Origin: Carcharhinus longimanus
Taxonomy: Eukaryota
DNA: 64,000 nt
NCBI GenBank assembly: GCA_030264375.1
Contig: JASCQW010000043.1
Span: forward strand, 43,081,463-43,145,462
Direction: 5' to 3'
The notes below the pieces were generated by a model that ran no database searches, was not told the DNA's origin, and was given only the letters and a program-made list of their open reading frames with translations. Position 1 is the stretch's first letter. Every line of letters begins with the position of its first letter. A program made the translations under genes and the position numbers. Shown here one piece after another: positions 38,278 through 51,013 of this stretch.

Positions 38278-39014
38278 TGAGAGAAGCAGAGGACCAGAGC
38301 TGGGCAGCCAGCTATCTCCACATTGACAATCAAATGAGTTCATACTAGTCTTGACAAATGGCTTGCACGCAATGAATGCCAGCTTAAATAGAATTGCCGG
38401 AAACCTAGCCTTAGTCAGTCAACATCCCATTGGATTGCAGCTCACTGCTGATGTGTAACTGCAGTTGGGCAATAAGTGACATGATGATGAAAGGGGATGT
38501 AGAAGTGAGGCCTCAGCTTAAAGTGCTTCTCACCAGCCCCCACCCAACCAATAACCACCATACTGCCTCATGCCCAATGGCCATGTCTACCCCTGAAGCT
38601 GCAGGCTGGAGGCCAGGCCCTTACAGCCTTCAATATTCAAATGGATTTGGCCAGCAGCAGGAGTCAGAGCAGGAATCTAAGCAGCCTTTCTAGTTGCACT
38701 AAAGTTACCATGTAGATTTACTAGGAAGAGAAATCATAAAGATTTGTAGTTAGTCATGCAAATGCATATGGTTTTGTTGCACAATGTTAAATGGTTAAGT
38801 TTCTGCTTTATTGTTAGGTCACACATTTCATTTGTTTACACCACTTTCCCATCTTGCCTATTTTTGCTTGCTGCCTTTTCACATCAAACAATGGGTGGTT
38901 ATGAAAGGGATATTTAATTGGTTTGGGGGACTAATTGGCATTAGGTAGTTGGGGAGAAAAATGGATTTAATATGTGGCTGCCAGAAGGATGCTCTGCTGG
39001 AACCTAACTGATTC

Positions 39015-39300
39015 TCACCAGTATGAGGGCATTCCAGATGGTGGTATCCTATAAATGTCACTGGAATTTCCTTGGAAGGAACCTGAAGCAAAAAGGTGAG
39101 AGTGACTTTGACAGCCAATGGGGACAGCAAGGCCACCACCTTCACTTAGCAGCAGGTCATCTTTCAGCACCATCAAGTTCAGCAGTACCCTCCTCACCCA
39201 CTCCCTGAACCCTTATACTCCTGGAAATAAGAAAGATCTCGCCCGATGTAGAACATGAGGTGGGAGTTCAGGGCAGATCGTGTAGTTGGATGTTTGGTAC
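39015..39300 (-). pseudogene. Harbinger transposase N-terminal fragment
   Basis: LKDDLLLSEGGG / PLAVKVT / LFASGSFQGNSSDIYRI matches the HARBI1-type LPVAVKVT..NFFASGSFQ motif. Confidence 0.7.
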
Positions 39301-40913
39301 CTGCCAGGCAGGAGATTGGAATATTAGAAGCCAGAAGCCTGAAGCATTTCTCGGGTAGGAATTTAGATCATCCATTTAAGAAAAGCTCAAAACTGGATCA
39401 TGTGTCAGCAACAAGCCTGAAGGCAGTGTAATTTAGGAGCCTTGAGTGTCTAATACAGAAAGCCCAGAATATCACCCAAACAGCAGTTGGATGTGCTTGC
39501 AGAAAGACAATACAATGCAAAAGACAGTACTTTCTGGGAGGCAAAGAAGTGTATCACCTGCTTCATTTAATTCTTATGGAGATCAGTATTAACTGGCAAT
39601 TGTGGGGAGATATTTAGACATATGATCAGAGAGCAGTGTGTTATGATGTGTCATGTTGCCATTACTATAACTCTGATAGCTCATCCCAGCTGGATGGTGT
39701 AGTCTCTGAAATAAGCATTCATTAGGAAGGAATAAGCATAGGAATCTAAATTTGTGCTGTTATTAGCTGTATCTTTATTCATAGTTTCTTAAGGAAAGTA
39801 TTGGACAAAATTTCACATGCCCAAATTTCTGAAATGGTAGACGTATTCAATCAAAATATCTTTAATTTCAGTGATTTTTACAAACTGATGATTAAAATAT
39901 GCTTCATTTTAAATATATTTGCTTCAGAGCAGCATGATTCTGCATAATAATATTACTTGTACTTTCTAAAATCAACAGCAGTGCTATAAGTAATGGGATT
40001 TAAATGCAATAAACTGGATTTCTTTTGTATCTTCAGTTTGATCTTCAAATCTTCAATTTCCGTTATCTGTGTTCTCCAGCAGTTTTCTTATCCCCAAAAC
40101 AAGTTTAAACTTGAATTGATGTATGCAAATGAGCTAACACTCATAGATGAAGCTGACTTGAATACGTTCAGATAAATAATTCAAAATTAAAGAGAATTTA
40201 CGGTTAACCCTTCTATTCCTGTCGGTTTCAGAATTATTCATTTATTATCTTCCAACCCTTGCGTATGTACATACTGCATGTGCAGCAAGGAAGATTAGAG
40301 TTGACAATAGGGGGAACTTAAGTGTCTGTGACAAAGATTTCATACTAAATGATTGACTGTCATGTAGAAGAATGTCGCATGGCTTCCCGGCCTCATTTGC
40401 ATACACATCGGCATATGATATTGGTTAGGGGTTTTACTTGGCGTTTGTATAGTTAGCAGTTTTGTGTATGGATAAAATGGAGACAGGGTGTAAGAGAACG
40501 CAATGTAAGATAGGATTCCAGCCATCAGTTAGGGTATAATGCATGAGCCAGATGGCTTTGGTGGACAAAGGATCTTGGTGGAAAGTATCACAATGGTCGG
40601 CTGGCTATGATGAGTTGCTCTGTTTGTTTAGAATAATACATGGCCGTTTAGTTTTGGTCCTAACCGTAAACGGTAGGACTGTGAATTGCACAGAAGTAGA
40701 TTTATATCTCATGGTGTCCTGTGTGCACCTCCATTTCTGGGGGCACCCCTCCCAAATCTCACTGCTCACCCCATCCCTTCCCCACCTCCCCCCCCACCCC
40801 CGCGCCCACCGTTNNNNNNNNNNNNNNNNNNNNNNNNNNNNNNNNNNNNNNNNNNNNNNNNNNNNNNNNNNNNNNNNNNNNNNNNNNNNNNNNNNNNNNN
40901 NNNNNNNNNNNNN

Positions 40914-40975
40914 ACCCTCATTCCTCCCACCCTCATTCCTCCACCCTCATTCCTCCACCCTCATTCCTCCCATCC
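40914..40975. repeat. 14-15 bp tandem repeat beside gap
   Basis: (accctcattcctcc[c]) x4. Confidence 0.85.
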
Positions 40976-41582
40976 CGCCTGAACATGAAGGCAGAGGTTA
41001 TGAAAATACATCTACTGATCACTGCTTCTCACTTGTGCCTAGATGAGTAATTGCTTTGCTGAAATCTAAGGTTACCTCTTGTATGAAGCTGTGATATTGA
41101 TCATGGATTGTTTTAAAATGCTTGCTCAAACCCCAGCTATTCCCCCCCTCACATATTCTCCCTCCTCCCCACATCCTTACACTCAACCCCCCTTCCCTCT
41201 CACACTCCCACTCTGATCTCACTCGGCTCTGGGGTTGCCTATCCACTATTCTCTCTTGTCTCTGGGGTTCTCCATCCATGCCATGGCCGCCTCTCCTCAC
41301 CTCAGGGCCTCTTTCTCCCGTTCCTTACCTCACCCACACTTGCCAGGTGCCCGCCACTGCTGCCTCTCCCTCATCTCAGTACTTGGTGCCTTGCCCCTGC
41401 TTGTTCTCCGACCTGTTGCTGGGTCCAATTCCAACTCAACCCTTTCAATGTTTTCCTGCTTGGTACCTTCCCTCCTGCTTTCTGCTTCTGATTCAACCAC
41501 AGTCTGCATTCCTTCTGCATTTGACATTGAAAGGCTCAACCAGCAAATCAAGGATGGAATCAGCTTGTGGTTGGATGAGAAG

Positions 41583-41860
41583 CAGAGGTCAGCTGAGTCC
41601 TCAGGACAACCCCCAGAGGTCAGCTGAGTCCTCCAGGACAATCCCCAGAGGTCAGCTGAGTCCTCCAGGACAATCCCCAGAGGTCAGCTGAGTCCTCCAG
41701 GGCAATCCCCAGAGGTCAGCTGAGTCCTCCAGGACAACCCCCAGAGGTCAGCTGAGTCCTCCAGGACAACCCCCAGAGGTCAGCTGAGTCCTCCAGGACA
41801 ACCCCCAAAGGCCAGCTGAGTGCTCCAAGATGCTCCCAGAGGCCAGCTGAAAGCTGCAGG
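41583..41860. repeat. 32-bp minisatellite, about 9 copies
   Basis: Unit cagaggtcagctgagtcctccaggacaa(t/c)ccc starting at 41583, 41614, 41646, 41678, 41710, 41742 and 41774, with degenerate copies at 41806 and 41837. Confidence 0.95.
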
Positions 41861-42644
41861 ATCACCCTTGACCCCAAAGGCCAATTGCATGCTTCAGGAT
41901 GCCCTCCTCCTACCCCCGCCCTGACCCAACACCCGTGTGGGTCCCCGTGCCTGGGCAGAATGTATTTCATTGTAAATCCTCCCCTGAAGTCACATTGTTA
42001 CTACCGTTCTGGGTGAGACTTTTCAGCCTTAATTCCCTCAGCTTTCTCATTCTTCTTGCAAATTGCTACTTTTCAATTTCCAGACGCTTTCCAGCCATCA
42101 ACATAATTTAGGTAGGCAAACACACTTAGGCAGAGAAGTGAGCTGAAAGCATGGCCTGCAATAAGAATTCAGATCAATTTCCATCCTCTGTTCCTGATAT
42201 TTAAAAAAAAAATGCCTTTTTATTTCTTCAGTCCTTTGTGTGCTGTCAGAATTGAGATGTCATGCCCTCTGTGCCACCATGATTAATCATAGCTGCTACT
42301 GTCAACTCATACAGTATCTTTAATGGGAGTGATTGTAGTTAAAGTCTGACAACAAAGAACATGAGAGACTGCATAATTGTGTTTATTTGAGTAAACAATA
42401 TAAATGCATTGTTGGTTGGTAGGTGAACTTATCCTGCATTAGACCTAACACACACACTGAGTTTACACTAATATTAGTAACTTGGGGTAAGTGAGCTGTA
42501 AAATTATGGAAGCATTTATAGAGTATGTTTGTGATTTCTCTATGCACGGCACAGAGTTACATCTTCACCCTAAGCTGTCTTAACACTAATTGAATACTAA
42601 CACACTTTTTTACACATCTGCATGACTGGACTGAACCAGTTTTA

Positions 42645-42746
42645 AAGTTTATTTATTAGTGTCACAAATAGGCTTACATTAACATTGCAATGAAGTTACT
42701 GTGAAAATCCCCTAGTCACCAGACTCCGGCGCCTGTTTGGGTACAC
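42645..42746 (-). mobile_element. V-SINE alternative-tail 3' fragment
   Basis: aagtttatttattagtgtcacaaataggcttacattaacattgcaatgaagttactgtgaaaatcccctag. Confidence 0.8.
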
Positions 42747-44883
42747 TTCTGGGCTGACTCAGGTGTCTTATTGGAGTGTTTTTACAAAGCTTTGGGTATA
42801 TATTGTAAGATGAAATGTGCATGCAAAGAAAATTAAAGGACTGGAATCAAAACTGTCAGTATAAAAGGGTGTGACTGGAACTAGCCAATGGCTATAAAAG
42901 GTGTACTCCAGCACAGAACACTGGGCCCATTCTTGTTCAGTGTCTATAGAGGATTTGAACTTGGTATACAGAAGCACAGTTTCAAAATATTCCTGACACA
43001 AAAGTAAGAAGCTTGCTGAGTGACAAGAAGAATGAGTAAATGTGATTTGCTGTGGAAATATGTGAAGTAATAGATTTTGGAAGTTAAAATAAGGAATGGG
43101 AGAATACACTAAATGAAAAAATACTGAAGGTAATTTTAACTTTGCGCATTAGTGTAGAAACGGTGATCGCGAACTGGCAGCCCATTTTATACCCTTCCCA
43201 ATTGTTATCTTCTTTAATTCTTCCTCCATGTCCACCTCTTCTTCTTGCGCACTCATACAAATGAATCATCGTGCAATTCCCTTCCTAGACCTTTAAAAAG
43301 CTGCTGGAGCATCTGTCTCTCTGCTGTTGCTTGTTTCTAACATAATGATGCTGAATGCTACTGTGAGGCTTATTGGTGAGCAACTTGCTCCTTCTGGAGT
43401 AATGGTTTATCTGTAATAAGAAGAAAAGGGCTCATGATAAGTCAGCACTCATAATTAGGCATGTTGCTGCTCCACAATCAGTCTACACACAATCTGCAGT
43501 GCTGCGTACTTTACACCTACTGAAATACTGATTATAATGGAGCAATTTTAGCCTAACCCGATAGATGGGATGCAATATTAGTTTTCTACCTTGCTTGATT
43601 TTAGTCTCCATTCTGTATTTCAGACCGCAGAGCAGTTTTGGCATTCAATATAACTGACACAAAAATGAAGTACCTTACTATTGAATTTTGGAGATTGTTT
43701 GAAAACTGGCTGAATTCCCTGCAATTCTGTATTTATCCATCAGCTTTTCTCACCTACACTATTGTAGGTTTGGATTTTGCAATACTGGATCTTAACTACA
43801 TTCACCACTTCTCTTTGTGCTGCATTTGTAGTCAGTTATTGCATCAATTTGGATTAAATATGAAGGTACTCAAGCTAACTTGTCTGGCAGCTGTAGTGTG
43901 GCAGCCTTATATATGGCAAACGACATTTATTGTTGCTGATTTTCATTTCTCACTTTAGTACCTTTTCTTCAAGACAGATTGCTTCTTCTGAGTATGTTTT
44001 CATCAGCTCTGAGTATGTGACTCCATGTTGATATGCCCTCCCATACCTAGTTCACTCTTTGGCTACTGATGTATTGTTCCTTGCTCAACAGAAAGCAGAT
44101 TGTCTTGCCTTCATGCCATCCATGTGATCTATAGGGTTTATTCTGCAAATCTTGGTTACATCTTTTGCAATCTCCCTCCATTTTTCACTGAGATTGTGCA
44201 GTCCACAGCTGAAATGGTCCACAGTACTGTGGGGAAAATGGTTAAAAAGATTGTTAAGCAAACCTGGAATGTGCTTTCTGATTAGGTACTTTTTTGTATG
44301 GCATCTGCATTTCTAGAATAGCAAATAATGAAGCTGCACGTTCATTTGGGTGCATTAAAAAGGAGCAATGGACCAAATAGCTTCCTTGTATGTGGTATGA
44401 TTACTTAACGCCAATTTTGTGCATTACCCTGTGCAACAAAGGAAAAAATCAGTCCTGAGTAGAGTTCTATCACAGACTCAAATATATATTCATAGCTATT
44501 AATATAGATATAAAACAGCAACTATAGGCGCATACTCAAGGACATTTACTTTTGAGCCACTGAGTCACCTTTAGGTCTGCCTCAAACATTTCTATCTGAC
44601 ATGAATGTATCTATTTTTACATGATTTGTTGACGTTTGCCATAGACAGTGGATATTAAGTGAGAAAGATAGAGGACACCAACTGATGGATTAGCTGTGCT
44701 GAAAACATTAGCCAGATGATATAAACTATCCCACCCTGTGAAACTTCACCATTCTTCCATGCAGCTATGGATTCTGGATATCATTACAATGAATTATTTA
44801 TTATTTTCTAGATTAGGCCTACATTTAATAAAGCCCATTCATGGACTACATTTTTTTTTCCCCTTCAACCTAATTGACACAGT

Positions 44884-45152
44884 AGTTAGCACTGCTGCCT
44901 CACAGTGACAGGAACCCGAGTTTGATTCCCAGCTTGCAGAGTCTGCTCATTCTCCTCTTGTCTGCGTGAGTTTCGTCTGGGTGCTCTGATTTCCTCCCAC
45001 AGTCTGTGAAAGATGTGCTGGTTAGGTGCATTGGCCGTTCTCCCCCCATGTACCTGAACAGGCACCGCCACAGTGTGGCAACTAGTGGATTTTCACAGTA
45101 ACTCCATTGCAGTGTTAATGTAAGCCTACTTGTGACAATAATAAATTTAAAC
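44884..45152 (+). mobile_element. V-SINE, alternative tail type
   Basis: gttagcactgctgcctcacag..ggattttcacagtaactccattgcagtgttaatgtaagcctacttgtgacaataataaa. Confidence 0.88.
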
Positions 45153-46660
45153 TTAATCTTAAGATACAGTGTTCTGAAAACAAGCAATACCTCAGTATCA
45201 GAGGAAGGCTGGATTTTCATCTCATTTAATAGTTTTCAATCAATGGACTGCTTAATCCTGGAGTAGTTTGCCACGTCCAGCTAAAGCTACTTTTTCTCAT
45301 GGGTGGAGACTGTTATTTGTATAGAAGAAGATCGTCTTGGGCAGATTTTTGTTCACTGGTGGGGGTTGGTTTACTGCCTTGTAGATGTGTGACTGTAATG
45401 ATGATGTTAAGGTGATTTTCCTTGTTTCCTTTCACTGTGCTTCTTGCCAATCAAAGGAGACACATATGGTGCTCTGTGTCCAAGTCATTACCTCATTACA
45501 GCCCATGTCTGTCTGCAACCGGGAGCCGAAAGTTGCAAATCTCCAGCTGTAGACTGTGATACAACTGGAATTGGTTGAGGTCAACAGTGCCGTAATTACT
45601 TGAAAATGTCAGAGTACAATAAAATACAACAGTTCATCTGGCAGAAAGCAAATTAGCTTTGACCATGGTGTAATTACCCTTTTCTGCTCTGCCATTAGAA
45701 CAGATCAAATCTCTACATTCACTGTTTGAGGAAAGGCCATCAGAGTACACTCTACCTGACAAGGATGCGCGTTTGCCATTTTGTGGTGTAATTAATTGTC
45801 CTTAGAATAGAATTTTTTAATATTTGACTCCATAATGGAAAAGTGTAAAAACTTGACATGTTCATCTAAAGACTGCTTACATTCTTCGCTGAAATGAAAA
45901 ATTTCCATTTTTCCTCATTGATGTGTCTTCAAAGAAAAGGTGCCAACAATTTGTAATTTGAGGGAGAAGTGCTATTTTTCATAGCATAATATACAGATCA
46001 TATTTTAAATGAGATATTTATTCCGTAAGGGATGGCATGATAGTAATCTTAAAAAGTAAATTCCTGAATATCTGTTTTCTTCTGAGATTTGTTATCCGAG
46101 ACCAGTGACATGCTTTTTCTTTATCATTCAAAAACCCAGATATTTCCTGAAAGAATGAAACCACAAAGTTCACAGTTTAAAACAAAATAATTTTGCTGCA
46201 TAAAAATCAAAGAACGTGAGTATTAGTAACTATTCCCTCAGTTATGCTAAGGATATTAAAAGAACAATGAACATAGTTACTTATTCTCTAAACTGAGCTT
46301 GTTAACTCAAATTTCTTTCTCACCTAATTGACTTACACCCCAAAATTCAAGTCAAATACTTATCCAAAATTGGAAAATTAACCACTTAGTCCAAGCACTG
46401 TTTCAAAGATGTTTATAAGGGTTGAAATTTATTTGACCTTCTGCTCTCCTCCAACAAGATTATCCCTTCAGATCTCTTCCAACTTTCCCATGTTTGTAGA
46501 CTTCTCATTCAACATAAGCATCACTTATGTATTAAGCATGGCCACTTTAAATTAGAACTCTACTGAATCTAGTATTCTTTGTCTCAGGAGTCTTGCATTA
46601 AAACTCTTTCTCCCTCACCTCAGGTTGACTATCCCTAGAATTTTAACCCACTGTTAGGGG

Positions 46661-47025
46661 TCATAAGAACATAAGAAATAGGAGCAGGAGTAGGCCAACT
46701 AGCCCCACGAGCCTGCCCCGCCATTCAATAAGATCATGGCTGATCTGTCGTGGCTCAGTTCCACATTCCCGCCCTCTCCCCATANNNNNNNNNNNNNNNN
46801 NNNNNNNNNNNNNNNNNNNNNNNNNNNNNNNNNNNNNNNNNNNNNNNNNNNNNNNNNNNNNNNNNNNNNNNNNNNNNNNNNNNNACCTCCCTACTTTTAT
46901 ATTCAATCCCCCTCGCGATGAAGGCCAGCATCCCATTCGCCTTCCTGACCACCTGCTGCACATGCAAGCTGGGCTTTTGCGACTCATGCACAAGGACCCC
47001 GAGGTCCCTCTGCACTGTCGCCTTT
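46661..47025 (-). mobile_element. Young CR1 LINE 3' part collapsed across a gap
   Basis: cataagaacataagaaataggagcaggagtaggcc tail. After the gap, QRDLGVLVHESQK..VVRKANGMLAFIARGIEYKSRE. Confidence 0.85.
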
Positions 47026-47579
47026 GATTAACAAGTGTTTTAAGCTCTTTTAACCAGCACACAGTTTCTTATGACCCCTGCTTGAAAGAGATGTTTTTGT
47101 TCTACAGCAGATTATTCTAACCTCAAAAAAAAACTACTTGAAACATACCCACACCCATGATCTACACAACCCTGTAATTAACTTCCTGTTGATTCTTCTT
47201 CAATTGGTTACCTCCCAGGCAACTTGGTCACATGATCATTTATTGGAAGACAGATATTTTACCAGAAATTCAACTCCTAGAAATCTAGCAGGGGATTGAT
47301 CAACTGTCTCAGAAAGCATGAGGAAAACCTGATGCCCCACTGAATGGGGTGTCAACCAAAAATCAGAATTCTTGCCAGACACTTGGGCTGTCAGATTCAC
47401 TCGATATGTTCGCCGGCTCCAAACAGGTTCCCTCCCAGAGCAGGCTGCAAGCCAATAATTATGCAAAATTAATAAAATCAGTGAATTTCTTGGCCTTTTC
47501 ACCAGCCTCCCACCAAGCATCCAACCCTCCGGTGGGAGTGGTATTGGGTGGGCTTTGGTATTGCTAATCACAAGCGGGG

Positions 47580-48660
47580 ACATAAAAGCAAAATACTGCA
47601 GGTGCTGGAATCTGAAATAAAAGCAGAAAATGTTGGAAAACAAAAACAGAAAATGCTGGAAAATCTCAGCAGAACTGACAGCATCTGTGGAGGGAGAACA
47701 GAGTCAACATTTCAAGTGAGGATGACCATTTGTCAGAGCTGAAACAAGAAATGTTGGTCAAAATTTATTCCATGAGAGTGGGGCATTGGGGAGTAATACT
47801 TGATAGGGATGGCATGGACATAAAGACAATGGGAATGTAAATGGTGATGATGAAAGCTGAGAATAGTGTGGAGAACATCCTTTCAGAAAATGCAATGTGT
47901 AACTGGCAGACAAAGGAATGTGGCAGTTGATCTTAGTGGGATGGGAGGGCAGGGTTGGAAAACAAGATGAAAAGTGAGATATTATAAGTGGAAAAATAAA
48001 AACAAGAATATAAAGTAATAAAAATGGATGAATAGGATGAAAGAAAATAAATGGAAATGGGGTGAAGGTGGAGGAAGAGTTCATGCTCTGAAGTTATTGA
48101 ACTCAATGTTCAGTCCGGAAAGCTGGAAAGTGCCCAATCAAAGCCCAATATGAACTGTTCCCCCAGTTTATGTTGGGCTTCACTTGAACATTGCAGAAGG
48201 CCAATGACAGATATATGAACAGGAGAGCAGGGTGGTGAGTTCAAATGGCAAGCAATAGGAATGTCTGGGTCCTGCTTACAGTTGGACTGGACCCGTTCTG
48301 CAAAGTGGTCACCCAGTTTGTGTTTGGTCTCTCCGATGTAGAATAGACTGCATTTAAAGTTGCAAATGCAATAGAACAGTTAAAGGAGATGAACGTGAAG
48401 CGCTGCTTCATCTGAAAAGACTGTTTGGACTCTGGAATGGTGAGCATAGAGGAAGTAAAGGGGCAGGTGGTGCAACTTGTTGCAACTTCTACAACTGCAG
48501 TGGGAAGGTGCCATTGGGAGTGAATGTAGTGTTGGGTGTGATGGAGGGGTGGACCAAGGTATCCTGGAGAGAACGGTCCCAACGGAATGCTGACAGAGAG
48601 AGTGAGGAAAGGTGTGTTGAATGGTGCCATCATGCCATTGGTGGTGAGCAAGTAGCAAGT
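47580..48660 (-). mobile_element. Penelope-like element (GIY-YIG) 3' fragment with terminal repeat
   Basis: Degenerate KQSFQMKQRFTFISFN..CSLFYIGETKHKLGDHFAE..VSRTQ/DIPIACHLN endonuclease region. Terminal sequence aaaatactgcaggtgctggaatctgaaataaaagcagaaaatg. Confidence 0.8.
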
Positions 48661-49474
48661 ACTACCATGTAGTCCAGCCTTAAAACTCAGTATGAAGTTG
48701 AGGCATACAAATATTTTCCTAAAGTGTATACCATTGAACAGTAACTTATGTTTGTTAACATCAGTACAATAGTCAGTTTTCCACACATTTCTAAAACAAC
48801 TATTGGCAGTGAAACACACAGATTTCTATGGGGGTTTTCTGTTCTAACTTCAGTGGAAGATTGGTAGATACATCAATCAAATAACTGCCCAAATGCTTTT
48901 TCTGGCATTTTTGCGGTTTTTCTGAAACTTTGGTGGGAGTTCAGGAGAATTGTGCTGAAACTCTACCTCACAATCTTAAAATATTTTTTGTTTGTTAATA
49001 AGTGATTAATGGAAAACATGCAAATATGCTCAGAATCTCATTTCTTCAGGCGTCACAATAGCTTTTCACAATTGAAGCTGGCATTAATGTACAAGGTAGT
49101 TTGCAGAATTCCGGGGCAAGGAGAGCAGCAGAAATTATATTAAAAGAGGGATCTTTCAGTGAGCAGGTCTGTGTGGGCGTAAAAATCTAGTTTGTCTTTG
49201 ATGTATATTTTACAGGAGGGACAGGAACTTGTATTAAAGTCTGCTATCAAGACTTAATATTGCACGATACAGTATCACTGAGGTGTCAGTTACTCAACAA
49301 GCACAGAAACTGGGCTGCACCCCAAAAGTGATCAATGGCCTTTTTAAGTTCCTGGAACTCAGTTAGTGCAACATCCAGGCAGCAGTAACAGTGGAAGTGC
49401 CTGAAATTGCTTTGCAACTGAATACCTCCAGAAATCATGAGGAGAGATAAGTGTCAGGTAGCTTATAGTTTTGT

Positions 49475-49822
49475 TATATTCATTTAGGGGTTTGGGCATC
49501 ATTGGCTCTGCCAACATTTGTTGCCCATCCTTAATTGACCTTGAATTGAGGGTGTTTAAGAGTCAACCTCATTGCTGTGGGTTTAGAGTCACATGTAGGT
49601 CATACCAGGTAAGGACAGCAGATTTCTTTCCCTAAAGGAGATTAACGAACCAGATGGGTTTTTACGACAATCAACAATGGTTTCATCGTTAGACTTTTAA
49701 TTCCAGATTTTTATTGAATTCACATTTCACCATCTACCATAGAGGGATTCGAACCTTGATCCCCAGAGCATTACCCTCAGTCTCTAGATTATTAGCCAGT
49801 GACAATAACACTATGCCACCAT
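49475..49822 (-). mobile_element. Second tRNA-derived shark SINE family
   Basis: agagtcaacctcattgctgtggg..gatttctttccctaaagg..gggattcgaacc..gtgacaataacactatgccacc, the same family as 33205-33530. Confidence 0.75.
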
Positions 49823-50345
49823 CTCTTTTGATATGTATTGGCATTCATAACCTTAATGCAGCACCAACAAGAAAGACAAATTCAATTTTTGAAAATGTGC
49901 ATCATTTTCAGAGTATAAGGTGTCTTAAATTGTATTTGTAATACCAGAAAATTTATTGCTGCATTAATAAATGGATGGTATGTGAAAAGGGCAACAATTT
50001 TTTTCAAGAATGCTCATGCTCATTTCTCAGGAGTGCCCTTGATGCATAGGTTTTATTGGAATTAAGTACTGCGAACTGTTAAGTGCATTAAAAAAGAGTG
50101 CAAAATTATCTCATGGAGATAGGGGCCAACCATTTCACATGCAGTTAATGGCAGTTCAAGAAATATGCTTGTGAGTCAAATATATTGTTTCTTTCTCTTA
50201 TATTAGCAGTTTAGACCACTCCGTGGATGCCTTATGATATGACTTGGAACAAGTTTAGACAATAATTGTAATATTTTGCATGTTTCACAATATTAGAAGT
50301 TAGGGGTTGTTCACATGTTTGCTGAAAAGTAGTGAGCAACATGAT

Positions 50346-50472
50346 GGGTGAAATTTTCCCATATCAGCCGCCATGGGAATTAAAGCGGGCAGCGCATGGA
50401 CCATGCAAAAGTCCATTGACCTCAGGTGGGATTTTCTGGTCCTGGGGCAAGCGTGGCTGGAAAATCTCACCC
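50346..50472. mobile_element. Harbinger-type MITE, 127 bp
   Basis: TIRs gggtgaaattttcc / ggaaaatctcaccc (13/14) with a flanking 3-bp duplication gat..gat. Internal aagtccattgacctc is shared with the partial copy at 1-99. Confidence 0.8.
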
Positions 50473-51013
50473 GATGGGTGTCAAAAAGAGGGGAATACAA
50501 AAATCTTTGCAGCACGGACATTCTTTGCTTGCTTAAGTGCTTTTAGCAACCAAGAGGATCGAGTTCAGTGTTTTTCATTCAATACTGTTTGATTTTTTTT
50601 GTTCCTAATCTTAAGCACTATACTGGAATTACTGAAAAATAATTGATTGCAGTATTAACAATTTTGAACATTTACTTGCATTTGTATCGGAGAGTCACTG
50701 ATACATTGCCCTTGATTGTTTAGGTGAAAATAATAATTCACATCACAACAGATCGAATATCAATGCTGAGAAAATTATTATAATTTATAATTCAACATCA
50801 AAATGCGTCAATGTTTAGAAATACTTTAATTAGTCAAGAACACAGAGCTTAGATTTGTTAAAAGCTGGGTGGGATGTCATTTTGTTTAAGTTGTTTTGAA
50901 GATGTGGCGATTTGGACAGACAGATAAGATATAATGGGCTGGATTTTTGATTGTGGGTATGGACAATTTCTGGGTCTCAACCCAACGTTGTACGTTGTCA
51001 GATATCTGAAACA

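Noticed and set aside
41122-41691. 189-aa Pro/Ser-rich ORF
   Set aside because: Low-complexity pyrimidine tract plus minisatellite, with no recognisable domain.
41583-41860. CRISPR-like array
   Set aside because: Units are contiguous with no unique spacers, there are no cas genes, and the DNA is vertebrate. It is a minisatellite.
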